Shown here piece after piece: positions 27,686 to 33,231 of a DNA stretch of 33,231 bases. The position numbers were made by a program, and so were the translations under genes. The notes under the pieces were generated by a model. That model saw nothing but the letters and a program-made list of their open reading frames with translations. It was not told where the DNA came from and did not search any database. Location of the stretch: positions 1 to 33,231 of the forward strand of contig PWII01000060.1 in NCBI GenBank assembly GCA_003561025.1, read 5' to 3'. The DNA is from Candidatus Nealsonbacteria bacterium. GTDB taxonomy: Bacteria; Patescibacteriota; Minisyncoccia; Minisyncoccales; PWPS01. Numbering within the stretch: position 1 is the stretch's first letter; every line of letters starts with the position of its first letter.

Positions 27686-29392
27686 TTACTTTATATCATC
27701 TTCATTTATAAACTTCGCTTTTGCAAGCTCCGCCTTTTCTGGAAGATTTAAGACATTATCGATACTCTCGTCGGAACTTAGAAGCTCTTGACCTTTTTTA
27801 TAAAAAGAGATAATCATTTCAAGCATCTTCTTTTGTTTTCTGAAGGATGTGAATGTATCTGCATTATCAAAAGCGTTTTGCATCAAAAAGTCTTCACGAA
27901 TAGCTCTTGCCGTCTCCATAATTAATTTATCTCTACTCGAAAGAGATTCAAATCCGATAAGACGAACAATCTCCTCAAGCCTTGATTCCTCATTTAATAT
28001 TCTCATCGCATCTTCTCTCTCCTGTAAAAATCCATCTCCTCCTTTTTCTTCAAAATAGTCTTTGAGGTTGTCCATATAGAGAGAATAGCTATTTAGCCAA
28101 TTAATTGCCGGGAAGTGTCTTGCGTATGCCAATCTATCCTCTAAGCTCCAGAAAACCTTTACGGTTCTTAGGGTATTTTGTGTAACAGGCTCAGAAAGAT
28201 CTCCTCCGGGAGGAGAAACAGAACCAATTACGGTAAGTGAACCTTCACGGTCTTTTGATCCTAAGCACTTAACATATCCGGCTCTTTCATAAAATGATGC
28301 AGTTCTTGATCCAAGATAGGCCGGATATCCCTCTTCTCCCGGCATCTCTTCAAGGCGAGCGGAGATCTCTCTTAATGCCTCTGCCCATCGTGATGTAGAA
28401 TCGGCCATAAGAGCGACATTATATCCCATGTCTCTAAAATATTCGGCAATTGTTATCCCGGTATACACAGAAGCTTCTCTTGCCGCTACCGGCATATTGG
28501 ATGTATTTGCGATGAGCACGGTTCTTTCAAGAAGTGGACGGCCTGTTTTTGGATCCTTAAGTTCTGGAAACTCCTTCAAGACATCGGTCATCTCGTTTCC
28601 TCTTTCACCACAACCGACAAAGATAATAATATCTGCATCAGCCCACTTGGCAATTTGATGTAATACGACTGTTTTTCCACTTCCAAATGGTCCGGGAACG
28701 GCTGCTGTACCACCCTTGGTAACCGGGAAGAAGGTGTCAATTACTCTTTGTCCTGTGACAAGGAGGTCTTTGGGAACAATCTTTTGACTAAAAGGTCTCT
28801 TTTCTCTAATTGGCCACTTTTGAGTCATCTTAATTTCTTCTATCTTTCCATCTTTGCTCTTTATCTCTGCAACGGTATCCTTAATTGTTAAATCACCCTC
28901 TTTAATTGAGACAACCTCTCCCCCACTACTACTTGGAGGAAGCATTATCTTGTGCATTATCGACATCTCTTTGACCTCACCGACAAGATCACCTTTCTCC
29001 AGATAATCTCCCTTTTTGACAAGCGGAGAAAAGTGCCATTTTTTTGACTCATCTAATGATGGAACATTAATTCCTCTCGTAATAAAGTCGCCAGAGTTTT
29101 TAAACAAGTCTTTAAGTGGTCTTTGAATTCCGTCATAAATACCGCTCATTAAACCCGGACCGAGTTCAACCGATAATTGGTAACCGGTCTTATGAACTGG
29201 CTCACCGGGACCGATGCCCGATGTCTCTTCATAAACTTGAATGGAGGCTATACCATCACGCATCTCAATAATTTCACCCATAAGTTCTAGTCTGGAAACT
29301 TTGACAACTTCGTATATGCTTGCCCCCTCCATATTTTTAGCAACTACAAGTGGTCCAGATACCTTAATTATTTCTCCTTGACTTTGTTTCAT
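27686..29392 (-). CDS. atpA: V/A-type ATPase subunit A, catalytic (NtpA)
   Basis: Walker [32 protein letters not shown] and [13 protein letters not shown] motifs; no intein. Confidence 0.98.
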   Translation of the reverse strand: MKQSQGEIIKVSGPLVVAKNMEGASIYEVVKVSRLELMGEIIEMRDGIASIQVYEETSGIGPGEPVHKTGYQLSVELGPGLMSGIYDGIQRPLKDLFKNSGDFITRGINVPSLDESKKWHFSPLVKKGDYLEKGDLVGEVKEMSIMHKIMLPPSSSGGEVVSIKEGDLTIKDTVAEIKSKDGKIEEIKMTQKWPIREKRPFSQKIVPKDLLVTGQRVIDTFFPVTKGGTAAVPGPFGSGKTVVLHQIAKWADADIIIFVGCGERGNEMTDVLKEFPELKDPKTGRPLLERTVLIANTSNMPVAAREASVYTGITIAEYFRDMGYNVALMADSTSRWAEALREISARLEEMPGEEGYPAYLGSRTASFYERAGYVKCLGSKDREGSLTVIGSVSPPGGDLSEPVTQNTLRTVKVFWSLEDRLAYARHFPAINWLNSYSLYMDNLKDYFEEKGGDGFLQEREDAMRILNEESRLEEIVRLIGFESLSSRDKLIMETARAIREDFLMQNAFDNADTFTSFRKQKKMLEMIISFYKKGQELLSSDESIDNVLNLPEKAELAKAKFINEDDIK

Positions 29393-29417
29393 TTTAATAA
29401 TTTTAATTAATATCTTT

Positions 29418-29714
29418 TTATGATTTTACTGATAAATCAATTTCACCTCCGATCGCTTTTGTAATTTCTCTTTTTAATTCTTCAGGGTCATCTTTTTTTA
29501 CAATTCCAGGAATAATTACAACATTATCAAAATTAAGATCTTTTGGCGCGATATCCTGCGAGACAAAAATTAATGCATATTCTTGGCCATCTAATTTTTT
29601 AATTAGATCAAAGACCTCTTCATTTGACGATACACCGTAGCATTCAAGACCGGCAAACCTCATCGCATTACTATATTCAATTGGCCCAATAAATGCCATC
29701 TTTTTTTCTGTCAT
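29418..29714 (-). CDS. atpF: V/A-type ATPase subunit F
   Basis: 98 aa with MAFIG..FAGL..YALIFV..IIPG..ITKAIGG pattern; position between C and A. Confidence 0.88.
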   Translation of the reverse strand: MTEKKMAFIGPIEYSNAMRFAGLECYGVSSNEEVFDLIKKLDGQEYALIFVSQDIAPKDLNFDNVVIIPGIVKKDDPEELKREITKAIGGEIDLSVKS

Positions 29715-30445
29715 GATGCTATAGGACTATTAATTATATTTTGAATTTTAGATGTCTCCATACCGAGCTTTTTGCTCGCAAAAATTCTTCTAATTGCTTC
29801 TTCTGCTCGTCTCTTTTTAATAAGAAAAGCTAAAAGAGGAACAATACCGGCTATTTCAGATTTACTCTTTTCAATTAAGCCATCTTCTAATTTAAAGATA
29901 GCTTCATCCCTCTTTCTTAGGTTTTTCGGATTTGACTTTTTAACTATTTCATATGCATCGACAAAGAACGGAAGGGCATTATTCTCTCCACTTCTTTTAC
30001 AAAAATCTATTGCTCTTTTGTAATAGGTATTTGTAAGAAAGAGGTCAATCTCAAATGCATTACTAAAATTTCTGTTTTTTGCTTCTTTTATTAAGTCAAG
30101 ATATTGCTTAATAAGTGAATTCTCTTTTTCAGCCTTATAAAAGATAATCTCTTTAAGTTCTTTTGTTAGTAAGATTAAATCATCCTTAAGGAAGATAAAA
30201 TCGAGAGTCTCTTTGTCAAGTCCCATTACTTCAAGTGATTTTCTTAAATCTCTTCTTTCATCCTTAATAATTTCCTCAATCTCATTATAGCTTTTCCCTG
30301 AAATAAAAGGAGCATAATCGGTGTCATTTAAGACCTTAAAGCTTTCTTCTATTTTTACTGCCCCAATCATTCGTTCCAGATCGATTCTATCTGCTAATTT
30401 TTTCTCTCTCGCCCTCAGAAAGGATATAAAAAAAAGATTTTTCAT
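29711..30445 (-). CDS. atpC: V/A-type ATPase subunit C, shortened
   Basis: N-terminal LRAREKKL..LERMI..LNDTDY and C-terminal PLLAFLIKK..E..IRRIF..KKLG; position between E and F. Confidence 0.82.
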   Translation of the reverse strand: MKNLFFISFLRAREKKLADRIDLERMIGAVKIEESFKVLNDTDYAPFISGKSYNEIEEIIKDERRDLRKSLEVMGLDKETLDFIFLKDDLILLTKELKEIIFYKAEKENSLIKQYLDLIKEAKNRNFSNAFEIDLFLTNTYYKRAIDFCKRSGENNALPFFVDAYEIVKKSNPKNLRKRDEAIFKLEDGLIEKSKSEIAGIVPLLAFLIKKRRAEEAIRRIFASKKLGMETSKIQNIINSPIAS

Positions 30446-30447
30446 AT

Positions 30448-31017
30448 TTAAGAACTAAATAGTATATTTGCAAAATAATCTTTTTCATCTTCAATTTTTT
30501 GTTCGACAATTCCACTCAGCGTTACTTCAAGCAGAAACTTTGGACCCTCAATAATAAATCCGTCCTCAAAAACGAGCGTGTCCTCTTCTCTTATTTTTCC
30601 GTTTATCTTTTGAAGGATTTCGGAAAAATAATCTTGCTTTTTTGGAGGAACCTTTATTATAAGATCCTCTTCTCCTATATCGATACTTTCAATCTCTCTC
30701 AAATATATCTCTTTTTTTTCTTTATCGGAAAGACTAAAAGCGCCACCTTTTGCTTTCTTAATCGCTAAAGAAAAAAGATTCTTTTTTCTGTCTAGCAATC
30801 TCATTCGCGCATTGAATTTTTCTTTATCCTTGCACTCTGAAAGCAATCTATCTTTCTCTTTTTCCAACACTTCTTCTTCCTTTTCTGTCAAAGACTTTAT
30901 CTCGGCCTCTCCTTCTTCTCTTATCTTGTCAAGTATCAATTCATACTCTTTTCTAATCTCCTTTTTCTCTTTTTCTCCTTCTTTTTTGATTTCCTGTAAA
31001 AGTTTTTCTATTTCCAT
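30448..31017 (-). CDS. atpE: V/A-type ATPase subunit E
   Basis: N-terminal coiled coil (IEKLLQEIKKEG), then GFIIEG and C-terminal ANILF; position after K. Confidence 0.85.
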   Translation of the reverse strand: MEIEKLLQEIKKEGEKEKKEIRKEYELILDKIREEGEAEIKSLTEKEEEVLEKEKDRLLSECKDKEKFNARMRLLDRKKNLFSLAIKKAKGGAFSLSDKEKKEIYLREIESIDIGEEDLIIKVPPKKQDYFSEILQKINGKIREEDTLVFEDGFIIEGPKFLLEVTLSGIVEQKIEDEKDYFANILFSS

Positions 31018-31503
<486 letters not shown>

Positions 31504-33231
31504 TTAATTGTTAATAACTTTTATAAAGCGACCTTTCTTTGTGAATGGTTTAAAATATTTACCCCCTCCCTCCATAAATTTGGAAAAAAACTCTACAAAT
31601 TGAAGTCTTGCGGAATGGATAAATGCGCCAAGAGCATTAATGAGCAGATTTCCTACATGTCCAACAATAAGCACAATACCCGCTATAAGCCAGTTGAGAC
31701 CGGGAACAGGAATCATCTCCATAACTAGAACGGCTATCATATTTATAACAGCTGCAATAATTCCGGTTGCAAGCCCGAGTGCCAAGATTCTTGAATATGA
31801 GAGGATGTCACTAAAATAACCAACCAGCCCATAAATTGCCCCAAAACCTTTTCCAACTTTTAATAAAATATTTGCTTCTACTGATGCAAAGATAGCAAGA
31901 AGTAGCATAAAAATTAATCCAGAAATAGCAAACGCATAACTACCTGTAATAAGTGTCATTACGACTCCTATAAAAAATACGATAGAGGATCCATTGCTAC
32001 TTATCCCCTCTCTTATATTCTTATTTTTAATTTTCCAGATAAGCCCAATCAGGAGACCGACAAAGATTTGAAAAAATCCAAGCATCAAAACAAACTGAAG
32101 AGTTCCAATAGGGTCATTAATCGGATCTGCAACTCTTAGAGACTTGGCAATATCGGTTCCAAACACTGTTCCAGCAAAGATTCCCGCAATTGTGGTTAAT
32201 AGCCCTCCAAAAATAAATAGATTAAAAAAATTATCTACATCACCACCTTTGAACATTCTTTTTGCAAGAAAAGAGAGTGCAATTAAAAGCACTCCATAAC
32301 CGGAATCGGATAAGGCGAGGGCAAAGAAAAATATAAAAAATGGTGCAAGATATATAGTTGGATCTAACTCATCTTCTTTTGGAAGTCCGTAAACACCCGT
32401 GACTATTCCAAAACTTTTCCCAATTCCTCTGTTTTCCAATATAACAGGAGGATTATCATCTTCTTCTAGTGGCAATTCATTTAGCAGATAGAATGGAGAA
32501 ATTGCCTCTATCTCTTTTTTCGCCTTTTCTATCTTATTTTCTGCAATCCATGCCTTGATGCTGAAATAATTTTTAGTACTCTCCCCTTCTTCAAAAAATT
32601 CTTCTTTTTCAATTTGCCAGGAGAGCCAATCAGAAAGTGCCTCCATCTTAGGAACAAAGAAAAGAATTTTTTGTACTTCCTTTTTTTGTATATCAATCTC
32701 TGGATCTATCTCGCTAAGCTCTTTTTTCCTCTCTTCAATTGCTGTTTCTGGGTTTTTTTCCCAAAAAACCTCCTCTTCTCTTGCGGAATACTTTTTGAGA
32801 TAATTTATAAAAGTCTGTGCCTCTTTCTTAGGGTAAAAGATAGCAAAGTAAAAATTAACTAAATCGGTCTCACCCTCCTCTATAAAATAATTATTTTTCT
32901 TTGGAAGATTATTTAGAAATTCTTCTTTTTCCTTTATTTTTATCGATCCAGCAAAAAAAGATACTTTATTTAGAGCATTGTCTTTGAATATTGATGTCTT
33001 TTCAAATCTTTGTATTGCAGTAATCTCTTCCAATAGATTATTTTTTCTTGTATTTAATCTGTTTAATTTTTCTTCAATCTTTGAGCACTTTTTAATGATT
33101 TTATCAACATATGATGAGGTCGCTATCTCTTCAAGTTCGGTTTGCTTAAAATTATTTTTTATTGGGACAAAGCTATATAAGAGATTTTTTATAAAATTTT
33201 CCGTTGGTTTGAATTCTTCAAGAAAGGACAA
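31504..33231 (-). CDS. atpI: V/A-type ATPase subunit I (a), 5'-truncated by the window edge
   Basis: PPVILEN, YGLP..ELDPT, DSGYG, SDILSYSRILALGLA (essential Arg) and HSARLQFVEFFSKF motifs. The frame runs off the window end. Confidence 0.96.
   Translation of the reverse strand: MSFLEEFKPTENFIKNLLYSFVPIKNNFKQTELEEIATSSYVDKIIKKCSKIEEKLNRLNTRKNNLLEEITAIQRFEKTSIFKDNALNKVSFFAGSIKIKEKEEFLNNLPKKNNYFIEEGETDLVNFYFAIFYPKKEAQTFINYLKKYSAREEEVFWEKNPETAIEERKKELSEIDPEIDIQKKEVQKILFFVPKMEALSDWLSWQIEKEEFFEEGESTKNYFSIKAWIAENKIEKAKKEIEAISPFYLLNELPLEEDDNPPVILENRGIGKSFGIVTGVYGLPKEDELDPTIYLAPFFIFFFALALSDSGYGVLLIALSFLAKRMFKGGDVDNFFNLFIFGGLLTTIAGIFAGTVFGTDIAKSLRVADPINDPIGTLQFVLMLGFFQIFVGLLIGLIWKIKNKNIREGISSNGSSIVFFIGVVMTLITGSYAFAISGLIFMLLLAIFASVEANILLKVGKGFGAIYGLVGYFSDILSYSRILALGLATGIIAAVINMIAVLVMEMIPVPGLNWLIAGIVLIVGHVGNLLINALGAFIHSARLQFVEFFSKFMEGGGKYFKPFTKKGRFIKVINN

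Overview
AT-rich, gene-dense bacterial chromosome segment with mostly housekeeping genes. Compact overlaps, almost no Shine-Dalgarno motifs and the protein styles suggest a reduced Patescibacteria (CPR, Parcubacteria-like) genome; this is inference, not a database result. The left part (1-19.4 kb) is mostly + strand: mscS, a CPA2 antiporter apparently fused to a SpoIIM-like domain, pgeF, galU, thpR, murC, an acidic repeat protein, tig, a receiver protein, dac-mraY-murD-ftsW-murG, gltX and a Xer-family recombinase. A small minus-strand unit sits inside it (92-aa ORF, integrase-N-domain fusion, fmt). The right part (19.5-33.2 kb) is almost all minus strand: a Na+-type V/A-ATPase operon (I-K-E-C-F-A-B-D), amrS-amrB-amrA, an S41 protease, rplI and pyrG. 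The best lead is at the orientation switch, where a dif-like 11-6-11 site (18285-18312) overlaps a near-consensus sigma70 promoter upstream of the xer gene. This suggests the replication terminus with a self-regulating, possibly single-Xer dif module. A non-catalytic protein carrying a Xer-like core-binding domain lies 12 kb away. Also noted: four probable leaderless promoters, a probable frameshift origin for the antiporter-SpoIIM fusion, and a GC-rich perfect palindrome after xer. No rRNA, tRNA, CRISPR array or intact mobile element was recognised.
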